From: Pseudomonadota bacterium
Lineage (GTDB): Bacteria > Desulfobacterota > Desulfobacteria > Desulfobacterales > RPRI01
Assembly: GCA_043825875.1 (NCBI GenBank)
Contig: JBDRRF010000076.1
Span: forward strand, 170,120 to 234,119
Direction of reading: 5' to 3'
DNA length: 64,000 nucleotides
The notes beneath the pieces were generated by a model. It saw nothing but the letters and a program-made list of their open reading frames with translations. It did not search any database and was not told the origin of the DNA. Within the stretch, counting starts at the first letter, position 1. Each line of letters begins with the position of its first letter. This document shows positions 26,686-37,046 of the stretch, one piece after another. Made by a program: the position numbers and the translations under genes.

Positions 26686-27119
26686 TTTCCTATTTTGACA
26701 GCAGCAGCATAGTAAAATGGTTTTTTGACGAACCATATGCCGAAATTTCACGCTCGCTTAAAGATGAAACGGATATGGCTTTTACCTCATTAATTTCATA
26801 TCCGGAAGTATTTTCTGCCTTCAGACGTGCATGGAAAGAAAAACGATGTTCAAAATACGACATAGAGATTGTTCAAGGAGAGTTTTTGCGGATTTGGCAT
26901 GACTTTCGTTGGATTAAACCAAACGAAATATTGATCTCAAATACCAGAGAATTAATTTTCAGGCATGAATTGAAAGGATATGACGCTGTTCATCTGGCAT
27001 CTTCACTGATGTTGAAAGATCAAAGCAACGGCATAGAAATATTTTTCTCATGTTTTGACAAAACTCTAAATAAGGCGGCTAAGAAAGAAGGATTAATAAT
27101 ACATGAAATTTCAATGTAA
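26682..27119 (+). CDS. VapC/PIN toxin
   Basis: YFDSSSIVK, LKGYDAVHLAS, CFDKTL. Confidence 0.9.
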   Translation: MISYFDSSSIVKWFFDEPYAEISRSLKDETDMAFTSLISYPEVFSAFRRAWKEKRCSKYDIEIVQGEFLRIWHDFRWIKPNEILISNTRELIFRHELKGYDAVHLASSLMLKDQSNGIEIFFSCFDKTLNKAAKKEGLIIHEISM

Positions 27120-27152
27120 TGAATCCGGAAAGGTATATAAGAATGCCTGTAT

Positions 27153-27246
27153 GATGAAGGCATTAGGCAAATGGAATATGGCTTTTAGGAAAGGAGTTTT
27201 CAAGCTGCCTATGAGTCATTTGTTTTATGTGTTGGGGGAGAAATAA
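27153..27246 (+). pseudogene. Diverged duplicate of the 3' end of the 25024-25821 gene
   Basis: 94-nt repeat of 25728-25821 with 10 mismatches, 8 synonymous. Confidence 0.9.
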
Positions 27247-27259
27247 AACATTTTCTCAG

Positions 27260-28465
27260 TTATGTTTCTTTATATTTGTTAATAGTATTATTATATAAAC
27301 TCTCATATTTATCAATCATTTGCACAAATGAAAAATCACTTTGGATTAATTCATATGCCTGTTCTACCACTTCTTCCCTAAGATTCTGGTTAGAAATCAA
27401 TAATTCAATAGAATTTGCTAAAGACTCTGCATCACGCGGCTTGCAAAGAACGCCAGTTTTCCCTTGAATAACAATTTCAGGAATACCGCCAACTGCTGAG
27501 GCAATAACAGGAACTCTACAATTCATAGCCTCCAGAATTGTAAGAGGACTATTATCCCCAAGTGTCGGTAGCACAAAAACATCCGATAGTTTGTAATATT
27601 TTTTCATATCTTCTCTGGTTACCCCATCAACAAGGGTATATGTGAAAGGAAAGTTTTTAGGGAAAGATACCTTGTCTCCTATATACAATAGATGAATATC
27701 CTTTCTTTTCAAACTCAATATCTGAAGAGCAGGCAACAGATATTCCCACCCTTTTCTTACAGCAGGCAATTCTCCGGCTAACCGCTTACCTCCAATAAAT
27801 AGCAAAATTGTTTTTTCTTTCGGCAACTGAATTTCACTAATATTCTGTTTTTCTTCATGCAAATTAAAGCTTGAAGGATCAATTCCGTTATGAATAATTT
27901 GAATCGGGCTGAAAATAATTCCAGATGATTCTAATCTTTCCGCCATCCATTTACTGGGAGAAGCAAATTTTACCTTTGCTATTTTAAAAGCATATCGTTT
28001 TATTGTTCTATTAAGAAATACTATAAAGCTTGGCCATCGAGAACAGTTTTTGCACTGCCTCAACAAGCCGGGACAATCAGGCGGATCAGGCCATCCCGTT
28101 AGACAAACTGGCCACAAATCATGCAGTGTCCAAACCATGGGATATTTTCTTGAAAACAGAAGTGAGCCAAGTGAAAATGTCTGAAGATTTATATTGTGAA
28201 TATGGATGATATCCGGTTTGATATTCTTTAGTAATCTAAATAGCTCCCAAATTAACTGTGGATTGAAATAATGAAATGCCGGATTTTTCCATATTCTTTT
28301 CAAAACTCTAACTGTATACAAATCCTTTTTAAATACGGAATAAGCATCCCCGGAAGTAATAAAAACAACCTCATGTCCCTTCTCAGACATTCCTTTTGCA
28401 ATATCCAGGGCTGCTATTGAGGCACCCCCATGATTGAGGGTAGCTGTGATAACACATATCTTCAT
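27260..28465 (-). CDS. Glycosyltransferase family 4
   Basis: WTLHD, RKG, DNSPLTILEAM, VGGIPEI. Confidence 0.9.
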   Translation of the reverse strand: MKICVITATLNHGGASIAALDIAKGMSEKGHEVVFITSGDAYSVFKKDLYTVRVLKRIWKNPAFHYFNPQLIWELFRLLKNIKPDIIHIHNINLQTFSLGSLLFSRKYPMVWTLHDLWPVCLTGWPDPPDCPGLLRQCKNCSRWPSFIVFLNRTIKRYAFKIAKVKFASPSKWMAERLESSGIIFSPIQIIHNGIDPSSFNLHEEKQNISEIQLPKEKTILLFIGGKRLAGELPAVRKGWEYLLPALQILSLKRKDIHLLYIGDKVSFPKNFPFTYTLVDGVTREDMKKYYKLSDVFVLPTLGDNSPLTILEAMNCRVPVIASAVGGIPEIVIQGKTGVLCKPRDAESLANSIELLISNQNLREEVVEQAYELIQSDFSFVQMIDKYESLYNNTINKYKET

Positions 28466-28525
28466 ATAATAAGTAAATTTGAGGCTTGTGTATAATAGCA
28501 TCAAGCCTCGAAGGGGTATTTTGCT

Positions 28526-29476
28526 TTACTGCAAATATCTATTTATTCTTTTATTTTTAAACCCGTCAATCAAAGCCATTGAATAGGCTTTCATTATTTC
28601 CAGGACTTCTTTTTCTTTAAATATACTTATAAACATCCGAAATACTATCCCCGGAATTGTATGTGTCCAGAAAGAAGCCCCATAATACTTTCGGGAAGTG
28701 ATAATTTTATTTCTTACATCATAATAAACTTTCCATGGAGGTAAACTTTTATAAGGAATACCCCATTTTAATATTCTAATAAATTCATTACTGGTCACTG
28801 GGTGATAAATTAAACTGTTTTTAACAACATATAATCCATATCCAAAAGCTTTTGCTCTTTCACAATACTCTTTATCATCCCAATATATAAAATAATCCGA
28901 TACCGGCAAACCAATTTCATTTACTGCTGATCTATGGATCAAAAACCCAAGAAACGGAGTATATTTCACTTTTTCAACTTCATTTAAATCATCATGCCAC
29001 TCAATATATTTACTTTTATTCTCAGCTTCTATCAACCAACAAAGTTTCTTTTTTCCATCTATATTCCCTACAGCTGCTGAAGCAAATAACGCTTTTTTTT
29101 TATCAGTATTTTTTAATAAATTATCTAACGCATCTTTATCGGGTTTAGCATCATCATCCATTAACCAGAAACATTCCCAATGATGCTCCATTGCATATTT
29201 AATGCCCTCATAGAATCCACCGGATCCACCCAAGTTCTCTTTTAAGCTTAAATAATAAATTTTCTTGTTGGGTAAAATATTTTTTTCATGAAGATAACTT
29301 GATGTTCCATCAGTAGATAAATTGTCTACAATAATAATATCACATGGTAGGGTTTGTTTAAGAAGAGCTTTCATACACTCTAATAGAAGGTATTTCCGGT
29401 TAAAAGTAACAACTATAGCAACATGAATGTCTTTTTTAATACTTTGTACGGTATCTTTTTTTTCCTCTAAATTCAT
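28526..29476 (-). CDS. Glycosyltransferase family 2 (galactofuranosyltransferase-like)
   Basis: VVTFNR, NLGGSGGF, WLMDDD, FIYWDDKEY; adjacent to glf. Confidence 0.85.
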   Translation of the reverse strand: MNLEEKKDTVQSIKKDIHVAIVVTFNRKYLLLECMKALLKQTLPCDIIIVDNLSTDGTSSYLHEKNILPNKKIYYLSLKENLGGSGGFYEGIKYAMEHHWECFWLMDDDAKPDKDALDNLLKNTDKKKALFASAAVGNIDGKKKLCWLIEAENKSKYIEWHDDLNEVEKVKYTPFLGFLIHRSAVNEIGLPVSDYFIYWDDKEYCERAKAFGYGLYVVKNSLIYHPVTSNEFIRILKWGIPYKSLPPWKVYYDVRNKIITSRKYYGASFWTHTIPGIVFRMFISIFKEKEVLEIMKAYSMALIDGFKNKRINRYLQ

Positions 29477-29494
29477 AAAATAATAATTATATAA

Positions 29495-30625
29495 TTACAG
29501 TTTACTTATTGTTTTTTCAAAAAATATTAATGTCGACTCGATAACATCATCCATATCATAGTATTTATAACTTCCTAAACGGCCTCCGAAAAACACATTC
29601 TCTATTTTTTCAGTTTGATATTTTTCAAGTCTTTCCTTATCTTTCCTGGTATTAATTGGATAATACGGCTCATCATTTTCTTTCGAAAATCTTGAATACT
29701 CTTTATCAATTATAGTCTTGCCAGAAGTATAAGTTCTTTCAGGATGTAAATGTTTAAATTCATGAATACGGGTGTACGGTATTGTTTCATCAGCGTAATT
29801 CATAACCGATGTTCCCTGGAAATCTTTAACCTCAGCAACTTCTCTTTCAAAGTCAAGAGTTCTCCATCCTAATTTACCATATTTATAATTAAAAAATTTA
29901 TCTATTGGCCCCGTAAATATAATGCAACTGCTTTTAGGAATTTTATCTTTGATATCAAAAAAGTCCGTGTTTAATTTTACTTCAATTTTTTCATTGCATA
30001 ATAATTTTTTAAATATACTTTCATATCCTTCGATAGGTAAACCTTGAATAGGATCATCAAAATACTCCGAGTTATAGTTATATCTAACAGGAATTCTTGT
30101 AATGATATCTGCCGGCAATTTTTTGGGATCAGTCTCCCATTGTTTCAGGGTATATCCTTTTATAAATGCTTCATACAATGGTTTACCTATAAGAGAAATT
30201 GCTTTTTCTTCAAGATTCTGCGGATCTTTTATACTTTCTTTTCTGATTTCATTTTCTATAAAGGATTTTACTTCATACGGTTTTAAGTTTAAGTTATAAA
30301 ATCGGTTTATTGTAGATAAATTGATAGGCATTTGATAAACATGATTTTGATATGTCGTAAGCACATGATGCCTATAGTAATTAAGAGGCATGAATTTAGA
30401 GATATAATCCCATACTTTTATATTACCAGTATGAAAAATATGAGAACCATATTTATGGGCTTCAATACCGGTTTCTTTATCAAACTCTGAATAACAATTT
30501 CCCCCAATATGGCCCCTTTTATCAATTATTAATACTTTTTCTTTTCTTTGTGAAGCAATCCGTTCAGCTAAAACAGAACCAAAGAAACCGGCTCCTACAA
30601 TACAATATTTAAAATCTTCTATCAT
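29495..30625 (-). CDS. glf: UDP-galactopyranose mutase
   Basis: VGAGFFG, HIGGNCY, HKYGSHIFHT, EPYYP, GRLGSYKYYDMD. Confidence 0.97.
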   Translation of the reverse strand: MIEDFKYCIVGAGFFGSVLAERIASQRKEKVLIIDKRGHIGGNCYSEFDKETGIEAHKYGSHIFHTGNIKVWDYISKFMPLNYYRHHVLTTYQNHVYQMPINLSTINRFYNLNLKPYEVKSFIENEIRKESIKDPQNLEEKAISLIGKPLYEAFIKGYTLKQWETDPKKLPADIITRIPVRYNYNSEYFDDPIQGLPIEGYESIFKKLLCNEKIEVKLNTDFFDIKDKIPKSSCIIFTGPIDKFFNYKYGKLGWRTLDFEREVAEVKDFQGTSVMNYADETIPYTRIHEFKHLHPERTYTSGKTIIDKEYSRFSKENDEPYYPINTRKDKERLEKYQTEKIENVFFGGRLGSYKYYDMDDVIESTLIFFEKTISKL

Positions 30626-31911
30626 AGTTTCTTTTGGGATATAGTAACATTAGGATATCTACCACAACAATATTTATATCTTAATCTTATCAAATTAATA
30701 ATATATAATAGTGCATTTCGTTTTCTGTTATTGCTCAAAACATACCCATTGGTTTTTACAAGACAATTTATTTTACTAAAAAGCATAATTATATGAACAC
30801 GATTTGATATGATTATAGATTTTTTTGTTATTATTTTAATAATAATTTTAATTTTTGCCGGTAAACTCAATGTCTTTTTCCAAATAAATATCTTACAAGC
30901 TTTTATTTTACTTTCTATTGTTTCAGAAGATTTGTGTCCTATTTGGATTATCATGTCTATTCCATTTAGATCTTCATTTCTTCCTTCATCAATTTTCGAA
31001 TTTTTTCTCAACATAGTTTCTATATCTTGACGGCCTCTTATTCCTTTAAAAAAATCGTGTATACCAATATGTACTGCTGCTGCCAATTCGTTAGCCCCAA
31101 GCAATTTGTAAAGCATCAACTTTTGGTATGCTATATATAAATATTTACTAACCCCTTTATTCTTATTTTTATTCGGGTAGTGATAATAAATAAAATAAAG
31201 AGCATTTCTTATGTAATAATAAATACGCCACGGTTCCTCAGGTTTATCACCATGAAAGCTATGAACAACTCTTGATCTTAAATCACAAAGGATAGTGCGG
31301 CCTTGATTTTTTAATCTTGTACAAAATTCAATATCATCCCAGAAGACAAACATTTCGCTATCAAATGATCCAAATTTTTTAATATCTTCAATTCTTACCA
31401 GCATTGAACATGCCGGACAAAAATCAACTTGTTCAATTAGATCCAATATTGGATCGTCTATTTCATCTCTACGATTTAGGCGCGTATCGCACCTATGCCA
31501 ATCAATATAACCTCCACATTCCTGAATTACATTTGTTCCAGCTCTTGCAATTCGACTTCCGCATACTGCTGCATTCGGATTATTAGACAATGTTTCCAAT
31601 AAATAAGTTAAACTCATAGGATCTACTTCAACATCATTATCAAGCAACCATACAAATTCAAATTTCTCTTGTGCAATAATTTGCTCAATACCCGTGTTAA
31701 AGCCTCCAGCACCACCAAGATTCTCATTGTTCCTTAATAAATTAACATCGGGATATAATGACATCACAGCCTCTGATGTACCATCAGTCGATGCATTATC
31801 CACTAAGAAAACCGTAAAATGTGGGTAAGATATTTTTGCAAGAGTTTCGAGCAAACTTAAAACAGCTTTTTTATTATTCCATGTTACAATAACTGCTGCA
31901 ATATTTGTCAG
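30622..31911 (-). CDS. Glycosyltransferase family 2, probable CTG start
   Basis: VIVTWN, VDNASTDG, NLGGAGGFN, LLDND; GAGGAGG 7 nt before CTG 31911. Confidence 0.85.
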   Translation of the reverse strand: MTNIAAVIVTWNNKKAVLSLLETLAKISYPHFTVFLVDNASTDGTSEAVMSLYPDVNLLRNNENLGGAGGFNTGIEQIIAQEKFEFVWLLDNDVEVDPMSLTYLLETLSNNPNAAVCGSRIARAGTNVIQECGGYIDWHRCDTRLNRRDEIDDPILDLIEQVDFCPACSMLVRIEDIKKFGSFDSEMFVFWDDIEFCTRLKNQGRTILCDLRSRVVHSFHGDKPEEPWRIYYYIRNALYFIYYHYPNKNKNKGVSKYLYIAYQKLMLYKLLGANELAAAVHIGIHDFFKGIRGRQDIETMLRKNSKIDEGRNEDLNGIDMIIQIGHKSSETIESKIKACKIFIWKKTLSLPAKIKIIIKIITKKSIIISNRVHIIMLFSKINCLVKTNGYVLSNNRKRNALLYIINLIRLRYKYCCGRYPNVTISQKKL

Positions 31912-31962
31912 TATATATCCTCCTCACTTATAAATTGTTGTATGCAGAAAAATTTTATGGCT

Positions 31963-33147
31963 TTATCCAATATTAATAATAGATCTTATAATTACTTTGA
32001 GATATTTTAATAGTAATCTTCTTAATTCCTGCCTTTCCCAAACAAATTGATTTGAACCTACCAAAGCAGATATTATTATCTCAGCCAGTAAATATGGCCT
32101 TGATATGTTGATATTTAATGATGCTGTAATCTCCTGAATATATTTTTTAATTTTAGCATTTCTATTGGATTTTACAAAACATGAACTAGTCTGGAAACAC
32201 ATTATTCTTAAACAAAACAATGTTAAAAGAATATTCCAGCTTGACTTGTTTGATTTGGCAATTCTCTTTGCCTCATTAAGTCTTTGAAATACATATTCTA
32301 ATAGTTTATAACCACCATCAAGTTGGAAATCATCCAATCGCACAATGGTTTGTAATACACCTGCAGAAAACGCCAAAAGTGCTTCAAGTCTTTGGTTTTC
32401 CGGATAATGTGGATTTTGATCAAGGAGAACAGACAATCTTTTATGGAGGATAGCATCATGAAGATACTGGCGTCTCAAATCGGCAGACATACTTTTATGA
32501 TGACGACGATAATAAACTAATCCGCTATGATTATATTGGGGAATAAAGCCTTTCATAGCAGCTCTCAACCAAAAATCATAATCTTCACAAGCTTTCAGAT
32601 GAGTATCAAACCAACCTGTTTGTATTATAGCTTCTCTTCTAAAAAGAAACGCATGAGGTGGAGCAATATTAAAATAACATAGGTGAACCGCTAAACTCTT
32701 TTTAAAAAGAATCCAAGGTATTGTTGGTTTTGGCCTACCTTCTGGTGTCGTTTCCTGAAAGTAATAACTTTGGCATACAACCACATCCGCGTTTGAATTG
32801 TTTTCTAAATATTTTAGTTGTGAACTTATTACGTCCGGACCAAGAACATCATCAGCATCTAGGAACAATATAAATTCACCTGAGCTGTTTTTGATACCGG
32901 TGTTTCTTGCGGCAGAAAGACCAGCGTTTTCCTTATAAATGTATTTAATATTTTTTTTATATCTTTCCAGAATGTTATATGTTCTATCAGATGATCCGTC
33001 ATCAACAACTATGATTTCTTTGTCAATGCCACACTGTTCCAGCACACTGTCAATAGCGGTTGCAATAAAATTCTGGTAATTATATGTTGGGATAATGACA
33101 GATACACACCCTTCCCGATAATCATAAATAGATTTATTGTCCGGCAT
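31963..33147 (-). CDS. Glycosyltransferase family 2
   Basis: SVIIPTYN, VDDGSSD, FLDADD, EDYDFWLR. Confidence 0.9.
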   Translation of the reverse strand: MPDNKSIYDYREGCVSVIIPTYNYQNFIATAIDSVLEQCGIDKEIIVVDDGSSDRTYNILERYKKNIKYIYKENAGLSAARNTGIKNSSGEFILFLDADDVLGPDVISSQLKYLENNSNADVVVCQSYYFQETTPEGRPKPTIPWILFKKSLAVHLCYFNIAPPHAFLFRREAIIQTGWFDTHLKACEDYDFWLRAAMKGFIPQYNHSGLVYYRRHHKSMSADLRRQYLHDAILHKRLSVLLDQNPHYPENQRLEALLAFSAGVLQTIVRLDDFQLDGGYKLLEYVFQRLNEAKRIAKSNKSSWNILLTLFCLRIMCFQTSSCFVKSNRNAKIKKYIQEITASLNINISRPYLLAEIIISALVGSNQFVWERQELRRLLLKYLKVIIRSIINIG

Positions 33148-33150
33148 GCA

Positions 33151-33627
33151 CTATTTCTTTTTAATATCATCCTTCGGTAAAAACTGGCGCATTATTGGCT
33201 CTAACCAGAACGGGCTTTTGACGTACAACACATTTCGTATGCCAAACGTATCTGATCCCGTTTTATAGCCCAAAAGATGGCCCCGGATATTAACTATTCT
33301 GGAAAAAAAATATTCAATAACAGATTCCCATAATGTCGGATATAGCCAATCCTTACATGTCAATTTTTCCCCACCATAATGATTAATTGAGAATGAATAT
33401 AGTAGTAGTTCTTCGCACCGGTCAAGATTAAACATTATCAATTCTAATGACAGTGGGCTGTCATTAGAATTGCCATTTTCCATTTTTTCTTCCAATATAC
33501 TATCAGCCGTACATATACGCATATTAATCTCATTACAAACGCAAGCATCGGTTTGTGAAAAATCGTAAGTTTCTATTCGTTGTCGAATTTGCTCAATGCG
33601 ATGTTTAATTAAGTCGTTTGCCTGCAT
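33151..33627 (-). CDS. Hypothetical protein
   Basis: ORF coupled within operon. Confidence 0.5.
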   Translation of the reverse strand: MQANDLIKHRIEQIRQRIETYDFSQTDACVCNEINMRICTADSILEEKMENGNSNDSPLSLELIMFNLDRCEELLLYSFSINHYGGEKLTCKDWLYPTLWESVIEYFFSRIVNIRGHLLGYKTGSDTFGIRNVLYVKSPFWLEPIMRQFLPKDDIKKK

Positions 33628-35702
33628 TAAAAAGACCTCTTAGAAATAACCTTATAAAGATTAAACAAAAAAAGCAGCCCAGGATAACCGAGCGAAGCCA
33701 GATACCCTTCTTTCCATAAAACATCATTATTAAACCTCCGCCAGAAATTAATAGAAGAAACAGTTTTAAAACCATTTTCAGGAAACTTCAGCATATAATC
33801 ACTACCAAAATCCTCCACATTTGAAAATTTATTAAAAATCCTACTTTCATAATACCTAGGAAACCGAAAAAATGTATTTATCCGATTAAGAAAATACTGT
33901 GAATATACTTCAGCAGATTCTTCCATAAATGGAATAATATTAGAATAAGCATCGATAAAGTCGAAAATCCCGGCTTGCAGCGATGTTATGAGATTACGGT
34001 CTTCAAGTTCATTAAGTCTGGCTGGTTCATCTTCACTCTTGAAAAGAGGTACAATTGTTCCATTTTTTGTATCCCTATGCAGTCCAATTGTTGTTGCACT
34101 TGGAGAGCGAGTGCATAGTTCGAATAACTGGAAAAATCTATGAAAAGCACTTTGCCCCACAGATTCCCTCTCATGATGATATAATATGCCTTCATAAGTT
34201 GATTTAGGCGTTGAAATATACGGGAGATTTCCGATAAATCCCATATAAAAACCGTATAATTGTGGCCATTCTTTTCGTTCTCTGAAGGCACATGTCAAGG
34301 CATCTTGTACAGTTCCTTGCCAACCCACATCTACCAACGCAACTCGTTGTGTTCTCCAAAAACCGATTTGAGCAAGATAATCATACAGTAGAACTTGATG
34401 TTTCCTGCAGTTTTGTTCTACCATATAGCAGACCTGTGGATGGCGAATAAAACTCAAAAGATTATTGTTTCTGATAGGATTATTTATAATAGCGTCTATA
34501 GATTCCAAGCCACACTCCCTGGCCAGTTGATCAAATTGTTGTGGTTCCAGACCAAGGCGGACCAACATTGTTTTAACAGATGGTTTACTTGTAAAACTAA
34601 ATCCTTTAATAACCTCTCTTATACCAATTGTCATCGCTGAAGCAGGAAAAACGGTTTTTCTGGACAAAAAGCAATATTCACTTTTTATTGGGTTAGAGAT
34701 AAGATGTTTCTTGAATGCATTGAAAATATAATTGAGGACAAAACCTTCCCTGGCAGGAAAGAGAACTAACTGAATTTCTTCTTTTACCACCCGTTCAATT
34801 ACACGGTGAATAAAGTTTGCCAAAACTGGACCTAAAAGCCAAAACCCCATATCATATCTCAAATCCATAAAACGTTCAGGCTGCAATTTGTGAAGGTAAA
34901 CATTGTTGAACATTTCTATGAGAGCTGCTCCAGCCCATGAACTTTTATTTTGAGCTATACGTTTTATACGAACATTCCGTTTTATTGCATGGAAATGATC
35001 ATCAGGCATGAAATGAAATGAACGTCCTTTTAAACTTTTAGGTTGTAAATAATCATCTCTGAAGTTATCGCCAAAATGCATCCAACGGTGGGGCAATATT
35101 TTTTCTTTTGCAAGCATCAGTTTGAATAACCGTCCAGTTTTTTTTCTGAGACTGTAATGAGAAGAAACGTAACAACCGTTAAATAGATTTCTGAAGCCAT
35201 TATTATTAATAATAGACAATACATCCTCTTGCCGAAGATACATATCTGAGATTAAGACCACTCTCTTATTCATTTTTTTGAGTGTTATAAGAACTTCCTT
35301 CATCCCGACAACTGGAAAAGTGGCGGACTTTTCAGCATCAATTTCTGCTTTTATCAACTGATCAAATAAATGTTTATTATTGTTATTTTCCGTAAACGAT
35401 TCTATCCATTCCTCAAAAACCTTATCAATCGGATGTTCCCAATCGTTTCCGGCAGCTTTTGAATTTCGTCCGATCCGTTTTTCAATTTCAAAACGCCGTT
35501 TAATTACTTCTTTTAAAGATATTGATATCCCCTGTTTAGATAATTCAGTTACCAAGGTTTTTGCAGCCGGCACTTTTGATATTTCCGGCGGAGCTACTCG
35601 TCTCCTAATAAGCGTATCAAAAACATCGAAAGAAACCATATCAATTGAATTTTTTAGTGATATAATTATGTTTAATATTTGGTTGGTTGAACGAATCCGC
35701 AT
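33627..35702 (-). CDS. HAD-like hydrolase fusion typical of polysaccharide loci
   Basis: SFDVFDTL, ISDMY, HFGDN, AREG, VDVGWQGTVQ. Confidence 0.85.
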   Translation of the reverse strand: MRIRSTNQILNIIISLKNSIDMVSFDVFDTLIRRRVAPPEISKVPAAKTLVTELSKQGISISLKEVIKRRFEIEKRIGRNSKAAGNDWEHPIDKVFEEWIESFTENNNNKHLFDQLIKAEIDAEKSATFPVVGMKEVLITLKKMNKRVVLISDMYLRQEDVLSIINNNGFRNLFNGCYVSSHYSLRKKTGRLFKLMLAKEKILPHRWMHFGDNFRDDYLQPKSLKGRSFHFMPDDHFHAIKRNVRIKRIAQNKSSWAGAALIEMFNNVYLHKLQPERFMDLRYDMGFWLLGPVLANFIHRVIERVVKEEIQLVLFPAREGFVLNYIFNAFKKHLISNPIKSEYCFLSRKTVFPASAMTIGIREVIKGFSFTSKPSVKTMLVRLGLEPQQFDQLARECGLESIDAIINNPIRNNNLLSFIRHPQVCYMVEQNCRKHQVLLYDYLAQIGFWRTQRVALVDVGWQGTVQDALTCAFRERKEWPQLYGFYMGFIGNLPYISTPKSTYEGILYHHERESVGQSAFHRFFQLFELCTRSPSATTIGLHRDTKNGTIVPLFKSEDEPARLNELEDRNLITSLQAGIFDFIDAYSNIIPFMEESAEVYSQYFLNRINTFFRFPRYYESRIFNKFSNVEDFGSDYMLKFPENGFKTVSSINFWRRFNNDVLWKEGYLASLGYPGLLFLFNLYKVISKRSF

Positions 35703-35714
35703 AAAATACCTGCT

Positions 35715-37046
35715 TTACTTTGATCCTCCCGGAGTTCTAAAGACTTCAAATATACATCTGATACAGCGCCAGATACAAATGGCCGGTTTACCAGGTAAAG
35801 TTACGGACAAAAAATCAAGCAAATTCAATTCTGAAAAAATCTTATTTTTTCTTGGTGCAATCAGAATTACCTTTCGCACAACTATACGGCCATATATCTT
35901 TAGCCCGACCTGAAAAAATGCTCCTGCAAGATTTAATAAAGCATTTACAGTGTTAATACCGATTACTCTCTCTATGGTAATCTTGTTCAATATAGCTTCC
36001 ACCAGCTCTCCAATGAGTTGGCGGCTTTCATTACGTTGCTGATATTCAAAAGAAGATAGAGGTAACGGATGATAGAGAAGCAATCTGCTTAACTGATTGC
36101 ATAACAAAACTCTAGTGGCCAAGGATAGGTTGGCTTCTATCACAATAAGCTTTTTAAGAATTTCATGTAAAATTTCCTCTATTTCATATCGCAGATCAAC
36201 ACTCTTTAACCGCATACAATAACCACCAATTAGATGCAAAAGTGTATCGGCCTGAGGAGGCATTGTAAGTATTTTTTTTACATATCGTATCCAAACAGCC
36301 CTTCGTGTCCGACGCATATTATCCGGTATCTGGGACATACTCTTAGGAGTTTGGCGATAAACACAAACTATGGAATGAAGAACAACGGCTTCAAACCCCA
36401 TACAAGCCAATCGGCACAAAAGATCATAATCTTCATGACCTCCTTTAACATACGTTTCAGTTGCAAATCCACCAGCTTCGCGAACAGCCTCAGTAGGAAA
36501 AAGGAAAGTATGCGGAGGCCCGGTATTCACATAACAGAGTGCATGTCTAAGACGACCAAATTCCGGATAAATATCTTCATCTTCACGGTTTTGCCCATCA
36601 AAATAAAGTCTATATCCGCCAACAGCAATATGCTGGGACATTTCTTTCAAAACATTGTATTGTTCTTCAATACAATTAGGCAACAGCCAGTCATCCGCAT
36701 CGAGAAATTTAATATACTTACCTGTTGCAAATTTAAGACCGGTATTTCTGGCAGCGGAAAGCCCCATATTTTGCTGCTTAACAAATATTATCTTTTTTTC
36801 AAACGGCTCAAGCACTTCATTGACATTATCAGGTGAACCATCATCAATTACAATTATCTCGATATAAGGGTATGTCTGGTCAATACAGGATTGGACCGAT
36901 TGTGATAATAAATTCGATTGTTTATAACACGGAATTACTATAGTAACCAGCTTTTCATTCGGGCTTGGTTCGCTTTGTGTATTTTTTTCTGTCAACAAAG
37001 TTTCAGTTATATTTTTCAGGATCATACACGATTCCATGATCTGCAT
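35715..37046 (-). CDS. Glycosyltransferase family 2 (start uncertain)
   Basis: TIVIPCY, IDDGSPD, FLDADD, EDYD. Confidence 0.88.
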   Translation of the reverse strand: MQIMESCMILKNITETLLTEKNTQSEPSPNEKLVTIVIPCYKQSNLLSQSVQSCIDQTYPYIEIIVIDDGSPDNVNEVLEPFEKKIIFVKQQNMGLSAARNTGLKFATGKYIKFLDADDWLLPNCIEEQYNVLKEMSQHIAVGGYRLYFDGQNREDEDIYPEFGRLRHALCYVNTGPPHTFLFPTEAVREAGGFATETYVKGGHEDYDLLCRLACMGFEAVVLHSIVCVYRQTPKSMSQIPDNMRRTRRAVWIRYVKKILTMPPQADTLLHLIGGYCMRLKSVDLRYEIEEILHEILKKLIVIEANLSLATRVLLCNQLSRLLLYHPLPLSSFEYQQRNESRQLIGELVEAILNKITIERVIGINTVNALLNLAGAFFQVGLKIYGRIVVRKVILIAPRKNKIFSELNLLDFLSVTLPGKPAICIWRCIRCIFEVFRTPGGSK

